DNA of 64,000 nucleotides from Azolla caroliniana (lineage: Eukaryota > Plantae > Polypodiophyta). The DNA is taken from positions 6,014,001-6,078,000 of the forward strand of contig JBHGNT010000010.1 of assembly GCA_043228905.1 (NCBI GenBank), read 5' to 3'. Below the pieces are notes generated by a model that saw nothing but the letters and a program-made list of their open reading frames with translations, had not been told where the DNA came from and did no database searches. Shown here piece by piece: positions 53,201-64,000 of the stretch; the stretch's first letter is position 1, and each line of letters opens with the position of its first letter. The position numbers were made by a program, and so were the translations under genes.

Positions 53201-56200
53201 CAAACCAAAATAAATGCAACTAAGTAAATCTATTGCTATGAAAGAATCACATTATCTCTATTCATGTAATTTCTCTGCTGTTATTAATGTCTTCAAAAAA
53301 TCTCTAGCATAGGTTGATTGAGAACGGGAAGATCTCTGAAGTGAGGGAAGCACCCCTGATGGTGGGATATAATGGCCTTTATTTGTCAAACAACAAATTT
53401 CTGTTGCCCGATCTATTGTAACCCCTTTGCAATGTCCGGATCATGGACCCACTTGTGTATTCCTTCATTGCCTAGTAGCATGAATAGGAGTGATGAGGTG
53501 AAAGAAGGTGTTGGTTGTTCGTTGTTGAGCTTTTCCTTCAAGAACTTCTTGTGTATCTTGAATTCTAACAAGAACAGCCCCAACCACCATTGGTCCCTAT
53601 GTTGGAGGGTGGCAGCTCCAGCCCTGCACTCTCTTTCATATTTATTATCTTTGTACTACATTCTCTCTTTTCTCAGATTCTTCTCTCTCTAGAATCTGCA
53701 ACTCTTTAAATGCCTTCTCTCTCTAGAATCTGCAATGCTTTAAATGCCTTTTCTCTCTTCTACCTTTTCCAAGATATTCCTAGTTTTTTGTACCTGTTTG
53801 GTAGTACAAGAGTCACTTAACTACCAAACAGCCATTTCACCCACATTCCCCAATTTTGTATAAATAGGCTATACCAGCCTCTTTTGTATAAGTTTTCATT
53901 TTCTTTTTTGCTACTTAAAACAAGCTCTATTCCTTGGCTGTGTCTCTACTCTTTGCAACCATTTTTTCTACTGCTGTCTAACAGCCTTCTCACAGCTTGG
54001 CTGTGCCTATTTTGTTTTAAGTCTTCCGCTGCTGCTATTAACAGCTTTTCTCACATGGTATCAGAGCAGTGAGGTCTCCATATCCTCAGCCTGATTTTTT
54101 TTGCCAAAGAGCACACAGACCTATCTTCTTTTATCCCTCCCTCCCAACCCTACAGAGGAGGCTCTTCTGTTTTCTTTTCCCCTTATCTGAGCCTCACCTA
54201 GCATCTAGGGAGAAGTAGAAAGACCCTGAGTATCTACTTACAACTGCTGTAAATTGTCCAGCTGTAGCTCAAGAGGAGGATATCCATGGCCTCACATGCC
54301 ACCATTGTTTCATCAACCATTCCCCAACTCCCCAAAGAATCCATCTTGGATGGGAACAATTACTTGGATTGGGAGCTACAAATAAAGACCTTGCTACAAT
54401 ACCATCGTTTATGGAATGTAGTCAATGGTAGTGACAAGAAACCACCAGTAACTTCATCCTCTTCAACCAAATCAGTTGCTGGCTCATCTAACGCTGAGAT
54501 TGAAGCTTGGCTAGATAAGGATTCTCGTGCTCATGCTTTCCTCATGTTTAATATTAAACCGAGCATTGCTCGTCAATTTCAAGATAAAGATGACGAGACA
54601 GCCAATGAACTATGGACAGCCATCAAAAGGAGGTATCATCGAGCTAATCATGCTCAAATGATAGCTATTGAAAGCCAACTAGCAAATCTCAAGATTCATG
54701 ACACTCCCAACATCATGGATCAAATAACGGAATTTGTCACTCTCCAAAAGGAACTAGTTTCTTTGGGAAGCAAGTCCACTGAAGTTGAGTTTGTGCATCG
54801 TCTAATGATAAAGTTGCCTGAGTCATTCTCAGCCTTTTGTGACACCATTTCTCTTCTTCCCAACACACCTGACATGAATACATTTCTTGGTATGCTACAA
54901 GATAGGGCAACAAGGAAGAAAAGTGCTCAAACTTCCAATGAGACGCTTCTACATGCGACAAGTAAAGGCAAGTGGAAGCAAAATGGTAACTCTTACAACA
55001 AACCCAATCCAAGACCGCCAAACAACCCAGCTTACAAGGAGCTCACTTGTCATTATTGTGGCTACAAAGGTCACATTCAGCCAGATTGTCGGAAAAAGAA
55101 AAGGGACAATGCTAAGAACTCTTCTTCTACCAGAAATCAACCTACACCGAAATCCAACTCGGCCCACTCAGCCAAAGAAACAGTTTTCCTTGGCATTGAG
55201 GAACATACTTCACATTTGGCTGGACCAACTACTTCAACCATCGATGAGTGGTTAGTAGATAGTGGTGCCACTTCACACATGACCTATGACAAATCCATTT
55301 TGCATGATGTGAAGCCTAGCTCTTCCCAAATCTCTATAGGAGATGCCTCAAGCATTGAGGCTTCATGTGTGGGTAATGTGGTTCTTGACAATTCTTCAAG
55401 TGAAGAACCTGTCGTTCTTCAAGATGTGCTACATGTGCCTCGCATCTCTACCAACCTACTTTCGGTTTACAAAATCACCATGCAAGGTTATGGAGTCTAC
55501 TTTGATAGCTTAGTTTTGGAAGTGATTGACACCAACAACCTACAAATTGTAGCTAGTGGCACACAAGAAGGGGGTTTATATCGCCTAAAAAGCTCCCATA
55601 GCCCCTTGGAAAACTCCAAATCTCATCTTCTTCATCTTCTTCAAGGCTCTCATGCCTTGGTGGCACAAGAAGATCCCACGTTGTGGCATGCTAGGTTTGG
55701 TCATCTCAACTATGATTCTCTTCAAAAGCTCTCCTCCTCCCAACTAGTTGAGGGTCTTCCTATTTTCAAATCTCCCAATACCCCATGTATTGCTTGTCTT
55801 CATGGCAAGCAACGTCGAGAGCCTTTCCCTCATGAAGCCACTCACCGAGCAACATCTATCTTGGAGTTAGTGCACATGGATCTTTGTGGTCCCAAGAAAA
55901 CCACTACTCTTGGTGGTGCACGCTACTTCATGCTTATAATTGATGACTTCTCCCGCAAGGTTTGGGTTTATTTTCTTGTAGAAAAATCCCAAGCCCTCGC
56001 AAAATTTCAAGAATGGGTAGCTCTCGTGGAGAACGAGACATCGAAGAAAGTTCGAAAGATCAGGTCAGACAATGGTGGAGAGTTTATCTCCAAAGCTTTC
56101 GACCATTTCTGCTCTCAACGAGGCATTGCTCGCCAATTTTCTACACCCAATACTCCTCAACAAAATGGAGTCGTGGAAAGGAAGAACCGGACAGTCCAAG

Positions 56201-59200
56201 AGATGGCTCGTACGATGCTATCTCAATCTGATCTTCCTCTCTCGTTTTGGGGTGAAGCTGTCAACACAGCAGTCTACATCATCAACTGCTGCCCAACAAA
56301 AGCAGTTGCTAGAATGACGCCTGAAGAAGCATTTACAGGTGTAAAGCCCTCAGTATCTCATTTTAAAGTCTTTGGTTGTGATGCTTATGTTCACATTTCA
56401 GATCATAAAAGGACGAAATTTGAGTCCAAAACCAAGAAATGCAAATTTCTTGGTTACAGCACACAATCTAAAGCATACAGGTTATGGGATTTAGAGTCAA
56501 AGTCCCTAGTCATATCTAGGGATGTTCATTTTGTGGAGTCTCAGCCGGATGACTCTAGGATTTTACCTGAGTTCATGGTTGAAATCCAAGCTCCTCCGGA
56601 ATCTCCTATTTTAGACGAAGATGTCTCATCTTCAAGCCTCCCATCTCCTCCTACTCAATCTCTAACTTCGCCAACAATTCAAACCTCTCCCTCAACCCCA
56701 CTTGTTTCCACTCCCTCTACAAACCAGCTTCCACCACTTCCCAAGTGGCTTCAAGCCACCATTCGTGATTCTCATCTCTCCGATGCTGAACTTCATGAGT
56801 ATACATCTGGTTCTCGAACACGTAAGTCACAACGGCCTCTTCACTCATGCAACTTTGCCTTATTGTGCACTGTTGTGCAATCAAAAGAACCCACAACAGC
56901 AAAAGAGGCCCTTGTTCTTCCAAAGTGGAAAGCAGCAATGGAAGTTGAACTTGATTCCATTGAGCGGAATCATACATGGGAGCTGGTCCCACGGCCTCCA
57001 CATCGACAAGTCATTGGATTGAAATGGATTTTCAAGACCAAATACCATGCTGATGGTACTTTGGATAAGCACAAGGCACGTTTAGTGGCAAAAGGCTACT
57101 CACAAGTTGAAGGAGTGGATTATGAGGAAACTTTTGCTCCAACAGCAAGGTACACATCTATTCGATGTGCGCTTGCACTTGCTGCTCACAACAAATGGGC
57201 CATTTTTCAAATGGATGTCAAGTCAGCCTTCCTTAATGGTGACTTGAAAGAGGAGGTTTATGTTGAACAGCCTCCAGGTTTCGAGATTTTAGAGCAGAAA
57301 AACATGGTCTACAAGTTACACAAAGCCTTGTATGGCTTAAAGCAAGCTCCCAAAGCTTGGCATGACAAAATTGATAGCTTCTTTCTTTCTCTTGGGTTTC
57401 AAAACTGTAATGCTGACAGCAATCTCTATGTTTTTTCCCAAGATAATTTGCTTTGCTTGATCATATTATATGTTGACGACCTTCTAATTACAGGGTCCCT
57501 TGCATCTAAAATCGAGGAGGTCCGCGCTGACCTCAAAACAACCTTTGAAATGACTGATCTAGGACTTCTCCATTATTTCATAGGTATGGAGGTCTATCAA
57601 TCACATGGTGGTATCTTTCTCAGCCAACATAGGTATCTCAGGCAGCTCCTTGAGACCTATAGCATGACAAATTGCAAGCCACTCTCCTGTCCAATGGATC
57701 CAAACTCAAAGCTATCTCGTGAAGACGATTCTCCCATATTTGAGGATATCACGAAATATAGGAGATTAATCGGGTCCCTTCTTCACTTAACTTATACCAG
57801 GCCTGATTTGTCCTATAGCGTGAGTATTCTCAGCCAATTCTCAACTGCTCCAAGACAAAGTCATTGGCAAGCAGCTATTCGAGTTCTTCGGTATTTGGCC
57901 AACACACTCGACTATGGTCTATCTTTTAGAGGCGGCATTGAGCTTGTTGGCTACTCAGATGCTGATTGGGCAGGTGATATTGATTCTAGAAGGTCCACAT
58001 CTGGCTATTGTTTTATGTTAGGTTCAGGTTTGATTTCTTGGAAATCGAAGAAGCAAAACTCAGTTTCTACTTCATCGACGGAAGCTGAATATCGCGCCTA
58101 CTTGGATACTTGCTGTGAGTTGCTATGGTTGATGCAATTGTTTTCTCACATTGGTGTTTTGCAAACCTCTCCTATTGCAGTTTTCACCGACAGCCAAAGT
58201 GCACGTGCCTTGGCACATAGCTCAGCATTTCATGGTAGAACAAAACACATCGAAGTGCACTACCATTTTGTTCGTGACTTAGTGAAATCACAAGTCATCA
58301 ACTTGGCATATTGCCCTACTCAAGAAAATGTGGCTGATTTATTTACTAAGCCACTTCCAAGGCAAGCCATTGATCAGCTCCTTGATCGACTCAATGTTGG
58401 ACTGCCGTTCTGGAGCTGAGAGGAGGTGTTGGAGGGTGGCAGCTCCAGCCCTGCACTCTCTTTCATATTTATTATCTTTGTACTACATTCTCTCTTTTCT
58501 CAGATTCTTCTCTCTCTAGAATCTGCAACTCTTTAAATGCCTTCTCTCTCTAGAATCTGCAATGCTTTAAATGCCTTTTCTCTCTTCTACCTTTTCCAAG
58601 ATATTCCTAGTTTTTTGTACCTGTTTGGTAGTACAAGAGTCACTTAACTACCAAACAGCCATTTCACCCACATTCCCCAATTTTGTATAAATAGGCTATA
58701 CCAGCCTCTTTTGTATAAGTTTTCATTTTCTTTTTTGCTACTTAAAACAAGCTCTATTCCTTGGCTGTGTCTCTACTCTTTGCAACCATTTTTTCTACTG
58801 CTGTCTAACAGCCTTCTCACAGCTTGGCTGTGCCTATTTTGTTTTAAGTCTTCCGCTGCTGCTATTAACAGCTTTTCTCACACCCTAGTCCGTTAACCTG
58901 CATAGTAGGCCAAAGTCTTGATTAAAGAGGCAATGGGATCTCCGCCTTATTTCATAAAAACACAGTACAGTGGCAAACATGATGTGCTTCAAATTTCACT
59001 CCCTGATGACATTAACTTTAGGTCAAAGTGGTCAAAAACCGTTGTTAGTCCATTAACTTCCTAAGTTATTCTATTTTGTGTTGCTACTATGTGTATAGTA
59101 TTTGTATCCTTTATGGTTTTGGTTAATGTTTAATCTACTGCTTGTGTGTGTGTGTTGGCTGAACGATTTATTTTTTTGGCATTGTTTTGATCTTGAATCT

Positions 59201-62200
59201 CCTTTCATGTATTGATCTTAATATGTTACCTACCTATATTTCTGAAGGAAATATTATTCAAAAGAAAAGGAACAGCAGAAGGTCTCTTGAAGGAGCTAGC
59301 TTTGCATTCAAGTTCCTTGGTGAGTTTCTTGCATCTTTTTAGGTCAGCATGTTTGCAAGATATCTTGATTAGCTACTCTTTGGGCTTAAGATTGTTTCTC
59401 TTTTCTATCTGATCCGAAAGATGCTAAATCTTACCATTTATTTATTCTCAAGTTTTTAAATGAGAGATTATTCTGTTCAAGCATTATCCCTAGATTCTGA
59501 TTGAATATTCAGTTTTTATTAATAACTATTGATGATCATGGTTTTTTTCAGGTTAGAATACGTATTTTTTCCATCATTGCTTTTCTGTACAAACATTCAA
59601 AGCAGGCTGTCCCTGTAATCAAGGAATCTGGAATTCTTAGTGTCCTTGAATCAGAGTTGAGCAATGAGCATGATGCATTATCTCAAATGAATGCTTTGGA
59701 GCTTCTTCATGAGGTATGATAAGAAATTTTCTTTGCTACATCCCGTTTTACCCCATTCATTGATTAACATAGTACACCGTTTTAGCATAAAGCTTAAATA
59801 TGATTTTCTGGATGGAAACTTCATTTCATTCGTTTCATAATTCAGAGGTGGTACGAAATACCTAGGGAATTGGCCAAAGCTGATTGTGTGGGTCTTTTGC
59901 ATAAGTGGTTCTGAAACTTCCTGTGGCTTTCAATATGTCATATGGTCTTAGGTATCTCTTATGAATAATGATTGGACTGCACTCCCCAACTGCGTGGAAA
60001 TGCTCAAATAAAGAGTAATACATAGACTGTGTGAACACATCATGTTCTGCCTGGGGGTCTCTAAAGATTGAGTTTCTCTAAAGGGTTTAAGGTTTTGTCT
60101 GTGAAGAATTGACTGAGGTGATCACATTCAAGCCATATGTGATTATTTTAGAAGATAATATAGGCACATCAACATTACAATGTGGATTGTATGTTTTTCT
60201 TTGAAGCTTATTTGATTATGATGTGACAGATGATACCCTTGGCATGTCAACATATAAGATCGATGTGATATTATGTACTTTTGTCTGTTTCCAGATAGCT
60301 TTGTCACCTAACGGTGCGAACTTTCTAACTGATGGTGGTCTACTGCAACAACTTATTTATATTATGGGGTTGGTATTTTTTTCTCATGTATTTTTCCGAA
60401 GTTCAATAACATAACCTCCTAATATATTAATCCTTGTCTGAGTTATTTTTTAACAGAAGTAGAAGAGGAGATTCATTTGTACGTTCTCAGGCTATGATGA
60501 TTGGTGCTAAGCTAATATCACCAGAAGGTGGTGTGCCTTCTTTGGTATCCAAGGAGGGTATGCGCCTCTTTTTATCTATTTGGTGTATATATTGTAAAAC
60601 TGGGATACGGAATGCTAATGTGATAAGTGTGGACCCAACTTTTGAGTTTCCTGTTATACCCTAACTTTCGTTCTTATAAATATTTTCATGACGTCATAGG
60701 CTAATTTGATTAATTAGATACCAAATCTTTGAATTTTCTTGATAGTTTTATTGATGTGCTGCATTGTACAGGCATTGCTTATAATTATTAACAAATCATT
60801 CTGCTCAACTTCTGTTAGACCTTTTCATGATTGCGTTTGCACCGTCTGCTAGACTTCGTCTTTGCTGAGCCAGTAGAGGAGTTAATTGTAGATTACAAGA
60901 ATCTCTTTTACAGTGTAACTATATTAGCCTGCAGTCATCTATTATATTTCTGAGTTTTTCAGACATGTAAGCTGAGTGAAGGTGGCGAAATAGGAAATTA
61001 ACAATGTAGAATTTTCTTTTGCATGCAAAATGTTCGTAGTTTCCAGGTGTATATATGCCAATAGTAGATAATATTACTTTTTGTTTGAACAATCAAAGCT
61101 AAGAAGATTATGTGCATATCTGAGTGTCTGATGGTTCTGCAACTTCAGATTTCCTTTGTGCTTGTGTGTGTAGTGGTGATCTTTCTCATATGATGTACAT
61201 ATCGTATTTGCATGTTCTAATAACTGGCTTATTCTCTTGTACAGACACCGTGAAAATAGTGGATACAATCAATGCAGCCTTAAAATGTAGCGAAGATCTG
61301 GAAGGAAGAGAGGAAGAGGCAGCCATTGATGCAATTGGGAGAATTGGAATGTGTGCGTTGTCTTTATGCATATTTACTTGCCCTCTTCCGAGCTTTTTAT
61401 ATTTGCATGTCTGAAAATCTTGGGATTTTGGTATATGCAGCTAAGCCAGGAGCTGAGGTCCTTTGTGAAAGTTTTGCACAGGTCATTTACTATGTACTAC
61501 AGTCTGCCTTTAATCGAAAGGGGGGCAGCAAGCAACTGGTAATTTGTTTTGTCTGTATTGGCCACGTATATGTTGGAATTCATGTGGATTAGTATCTGAG
61601 GTTAAATAAATACTTCTGTATCTTTTAACTGGAATGCATAGCATCATTTGTTAAAGATGAACGTCTGTTTCATAGGTCAGTGTTCATGCGCTTGCTTCAA
61701 TTGCGGGTGCTGAGCGTTCAGATAATCCTATTCTCAATGAACAAGCAGAGAAGGGTCTTAAGGATTCAATCTATTCTGTACTTCAGAGTATGGTGAAGTG
61801 GTCTTTGTCTGTAAGTTGTATCTGCTCTCTTTCTTGACCAAGTAATGCTTGTAATAAGGTAATCATGTTGTTGAGAGCATAGAGAATTTCCAGTGCATTT
61901 CTGTTTTAGTTCGAATAACTAAAGTACTGAGCATGAAAAGTCATGTATTGATATGTGCACATCTGAGTTACATGCATGTTGATGGTATTTCTATATGCAC
62001 ACATTTAAATACTAAAAACTATGGAAAGCACTTACATAGTAGAGCTAGTTATCTTGTAAAGCATTGGTTGTTTCATGATTCAATTGTATTGGAGGTGACA
62101 ACTGTTGCAGGATCAAATACATTGGCTCTTGCAGCAAGCGTATGAAATGAGATTAGCGGTAGAGCCTCTTCACTGATTCAAAATTATATCTTTTATTGCA

Positions 62201-62761
62201 ATTGATTTGATATCTTACTATTGTTCTTCTTTTATTTTATTGTGGCGGGGGGGAGATGTTTCTTGCAGACATACAGGTTAATTGTTCCACTCTCTGGACG
62301 ATCCTGGTTTGTTTTGGATATCTCATCTAATGCTGACATTATCAATTATTTGACTGATCCGCATGTAGAGCAAGAAAAGGAAGGTGAGGTCAAGAAAAAT
62401 ACGTTTCTAGGGTACTCTGGCCTTTCAAGTTTTAATACCTTAGTAAGATTCCTATATTTTTTGTCCAGGTATGGAATGGCGGCATTCATGTTGTGTTGCA
62501 ATCAGCACATCATTACAAGGCTCTGGGCTATGGAGGGAACCTGGGCTGCATGATATTTATGAAAAGGTATACCTGTTTATGAAGATTGGCTTGGTATATT
62601 TTCATATTCAGAGGTAAAATGCATCCATACCAACCATACTGATTTTGTTGTGGAATGATTTTTCACTGAAATAGGTACAATCAGCTGTTCTCAAGGGACC
62701 TTACTTATCCAGAGAGAAGATGGAAGCTCGCCCAATAGTAATAACACAAGAACGTTTCTAG
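41584..62761 (+). CDS. PSMD5: ARM-repeat protein, 26S proteasome assembly chaperone PSMD5/S5b-like (At3g15180-type), ~522 aa, 17 exons
   Basis: join(41584-41659,42367-42430,42575-42674,50262-50324,50801-50901,52069-52135,59248-59319,59552-59713,60295-60368,60457-60557,61245-61352,61441-61538,61676-61810,62111-62158,62269-62383,62469-62566,62675-62761) = 1569 nt open frame, all GT-AG. Motifs [39 protein letters not shown] and KGPYLSRE...QERF. Start could also be ATG 41593. Confidence 0.85.
43615..46654 (+). mobile_element. 3'-truncated, decayed Ty1/Copia element in PSMD5 intron 3 (5' LTR, PBS, gag-PR-INT)
   Basis: LTR 43615-44068 (TG...CA), PBS TGGTATCAGAGC 44069-44080, gag ATG 44307. Stops or frameshifts near 44331, 44732, 45572 and 46141. 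Homology to the intact copy ends at ~46654, before RT. Confidence 0.93.
47800..49250 (-). mobile_element. Old LINE remnant (EN and start of RT) interrupted by an LTR
   Basis: ORF 48957..49214 is EN-like (GCYIPH...DMNAHT), with EIDY-like sequence at ~48860. ORF 47863..48309 has KWFHKE and FFTIEDV...LKKL. Confidence 0.65.
48405..48802 (-). repeat. Solo-LTR-like element
   Basis: Minus-strand TGTTATGGG...AACCTCA ends and TATA ctataaata. Homologous to 27641-28060. No clean TSD. Confidence 0.65.
49262..50173 (-). mobile_element. 5'-truncated RTE-X-like LINE (family B) inserted at a (GA)n microsatellite
   Basis: Motifs [11 protein letters not shown] and [12 protein letters not shown]. 3' hairpin tail at 49280-49315. 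Apparent TSD TGTAGAGAGAGA at 49254-49265 and 50174-50185. Confidence 0.88.
50177..50249. repeat. (GA)n microsatellite abutting the PSMD5 exon 4 acceptor
   Basis: Directly visible; ends 12 nt before exon start 50262. Confidence 0.95.
53600..58882 (+). mobile_element. Intact full-length Ty1/Copia LTR retrotransposon (5283 bp) in PSMD5 intron 6
   Basis: 456-bp LTRs at 53600-54055 and 58427-58882, identical by eye. TSD CCCTA at 53595-53599 and 58883-58887. PBS TGGTATCAGAGC (tRNA-iMet) at 54056-54067 and PPT GAGAGGAGG at 58418-58426. Confidence 0.98.
54286..58419 (+). CDS. Copia gag-pol polyprotein, 1377 aa
   Basis: Zinc knuckle [14 protein letters not shown], protease DSGA, integrase WHARFGH...CIAC and D-D-E (MDLCGP, SDNGGE, VERKNR), RT YVDD, RNase H (DADWAGD, EAEY, ADLFTK). 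Order PR-INT-RT-RH. Confidence 0.97.
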   Translation: MASHATIVSSTIPQLPKESILDGNNYLDWELQIKTLLQYHRLWNVVNGSDKKPPVTSSSSTKSVAGSSNAEIEAWLDKDSRAHAFLMFNIKPSIARQFQDKDDETANELWTAIKRRYHRANHAQMIAIESQLANLKIHDTPNIMDQITEFVTLQKELVSLGSKSTEVEFVHRLMIKLPESFSAFCDTISLLPNTPDMNTFLGMLQDRATRKKSAQTSNETLLHATSKGKWKQNGNSYNKPNPRPPNNPAYKELTCHYCGYKGHIQPDCRKKKRDNAKNSSSTRNQPTPKSNSAHSAKETVFLGIEEHTSHLAGPTTSTIDEWLVDSGATSHMTYDKSILHDVKPSSSQISIGDASSIEASCVGNVVLDNSSSEEPVVLQDVLHVPRISTNLLSVYKITMQGYGVYFDSLVLEVIDTNNLQIVASGTQEGGLYRLKSSHSPLENSKSHLLHLLQGSHALVAQEDPTLWHARFGHLNYDSLQKLSSSQLVEGLPIFKSPNTPCIACLHGKQRREPFPHEATHRATSILELVHMDLCGPKKTTTLGGARYFMLIIDDFSRKVWVYFLVEKSQALAKFQEWVALVENETSKKVRKIRSDNGGEFISKAFDHFCSQRGIARQFSTPNTPQQNGVVERKNRTVQEMARTMLSQSDLPLSFWGEAVNTAVYIINCCPTKAVARMTPEEAFTGVKPSVSHFKVFGCDAYVHISDHKRTKFESKTKKCKFLGYSTQSKAYRLWDLESKSLVISRDVHFVESQPDDSRILPEFMVEIQAPPESPILDEDVSSSSLPSPPTQSLTSPTIQTSPSTPLVSTPSTNQLPPLPKWLQATIRDSHLSDAELHEYTSGSRTRKSQRPLHSCNFALLCTVVQSKEPTTAKEALVLPKWKAAMEVELDSIERNHTWELVPRPPHRQVIGLKWIFKTKYHADGTLDKHKARLVAKGYSQVEGVDYEETFAPTARYTSIRCALALAAHNKWAIFQMDVKSAFLNGDLKEEVYVEQPPGFEILEQKNMVYKLHKALYGLKQAPKAWHDKIDSFFLSLGFQNCNADSNLYVFSQDNLLCLIILYVDDLLITGSLASKIEEVRADLKTTFEMTDLGLLHYFIGMEVYQSHGGIFLSQHRYLRQLLETYSMTNCKPLSCPMDPNSKLSREDDSPIFEDITKYRRLIGSLLHLTYTRPDLSYSVSILSQFSTAPRQSHWQAAIRVLRYLANTLDYGLSFRGGIELVGYSDADWAGDIDSRRSTSGYCFMLGSGLISWKSKKQNSVSTSSTEAEYRAYLDTCCELLWLMQLFSHIGVLQTSPIAVFTDSQSARALAHSSAFHGRTKHIEVHYHFVRDLVKSQVINLAYCPTQENVADLFTKPLPRQAIDQLLDRLNVGLPFWS

Positions 62762-64000
62762 AGGGAAGGTATTCCAGTAATAGCACATCCAATTTTATAT
62801 CTTCTAGCTCTCTCTCTATGTCATTGCATGTGTGTGATGGATCTTATGAGTGTTCTGAATGGTTGAATCCTGAATCTGTTGTGTATTTATACCCGAGGCG
62901 CTATGTTCCACCTTAATGCACCATCCTAGCACATGGCACAAAAGTAAAGAAGATGGGTTATACTACTATGAGCATTATGTTCTGCCACCTGTAGGTAATA
63001 AATCCAGTGCATCTGCAATTTCCCATTTTGAATCAGTCTCAAGATCACAAACCTAATTTGACACTGTTGACCAATGCAAAGAAAAAAGAAAGAGTGTAAT
63101 GTGTTTTGTCTGTGAGGATGTATAGAACAATTAGCATTGAGCATGAGTACCATGAGACTATTCAGCTATGTCAATATTTCGATACCTTACTTCAGTTCAT
63201 CCTTTTTTGAATATGGATCAGAAATGCATCTCATTATTGTTTATCTATGTGAGGATGGCCTGTTGAGCATCTCTTGGAATAGTGATCTTGAAGTGCACAA
63301 GTTATTGCATACCTTAATTTTGCTTTCAAAGAAACCCACATGGTAGTTCATAGACTTGAAATCCAAAATCAACTCAAGAATTGCCAGGGAGATTTGAAAA
63401 AGGTGGCTATGCATGGCAGTTATCTATGTGTGCATTCAATTTTATATTGCCATATATTATTATCTATTCTGTTGGGACATAATTAATGTTAATTCATTTA
63501 TTACTTTATGACAGGTTTTTTCACCATATATCTGACTATTTGGTGTCTGATGGATGACGGAAATCAAGATGTATGTTGATTATGTTGTGTGGAAATCAGA
63601 ACTTAGTAGGCAATGGATGTACAGATGAACTAATATTTGATTGCTCATCAACAATCTGGGTTTAGTCCAAAATTAATGTCTTTCATCATAAACTCGATAG
63701 TTTTAGTATGTCTTTCATTGTCAACAATCTAGGTCTGGAACTTTTGGTAATGTTTGTGTGTCTCGACATAGTTTAAGTATGAATTATATTTGGTTGAAAG
63801 CAAGGAAAATAGCACAAGCTGTGATGAGTTAAGAACATAGATGCTAGCCTCAAGTTGGAACCCTGTGATGAGCCTGTCTACCTAATTTTCTTTCAATTCA
63901 GAGTTTCATCTTGAGGATATCCAGCGATACGAAAAGTTTGGTTAGTAGGTTTGTCTGTTCCTGGTTGCATCAATCGATGCCAAGTAAAAGTATGTAACTT

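Larger units (their letters stand above)
53105..59015 (-). mobile_element. Decayed family-B LINE 3' fragment split by the intact Copia (53105-53599 and 58888-59015)
   Basis: Tail gatatattaatatcttttaagagaccaaaatggcctataagaccaaacaagat matches 49280-49330. Sequence right of the Copia (ggccaaag...taaagaggcaatgg) continues the homology to 49875-49980. Confidence 0.8.

Overview
Eukaryotic land-plant nuclear DNA, most likely a fern or other non-seed plant (inferred from the 18S variant matched by a snoRNA guide and from RTE-X-like LINEs). Three spliced host genes lie on the + strand and were reconstructed exon by exon: a RabF2/Rab5 GTPase (16214-23128, 7 exons), a Delta7-sterol C5-desaturase STE1/DWF7 with an unusual N-terminal extension (33689-35716, 3 exons), and an ARM-repeat PSMD5/S5b-like proteasome chaperone (41584-62761, 17 exons). 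The ORF track does not show a box C/D snoRNA cluster at ~14.2-14.5 kb. It contains a guide complementary to the U6 ACAGAGA box (Am47 site) and a guide to the 18S 3' region, and is followed by further structured candidates up to ~15.8 kb. Much of the rest is transposon-derived: a nested hAT/L1/hAT/LINE stack, a deleted Gypsy element with an extra coiled-coil ORF, solo LTRs, several LINEs with a shared 3' hairpin tail, and two Copia copies inside PSMD5 introns, one intact with apparently identical LTRs. All family assignments come from motif recognition; no database search was run.
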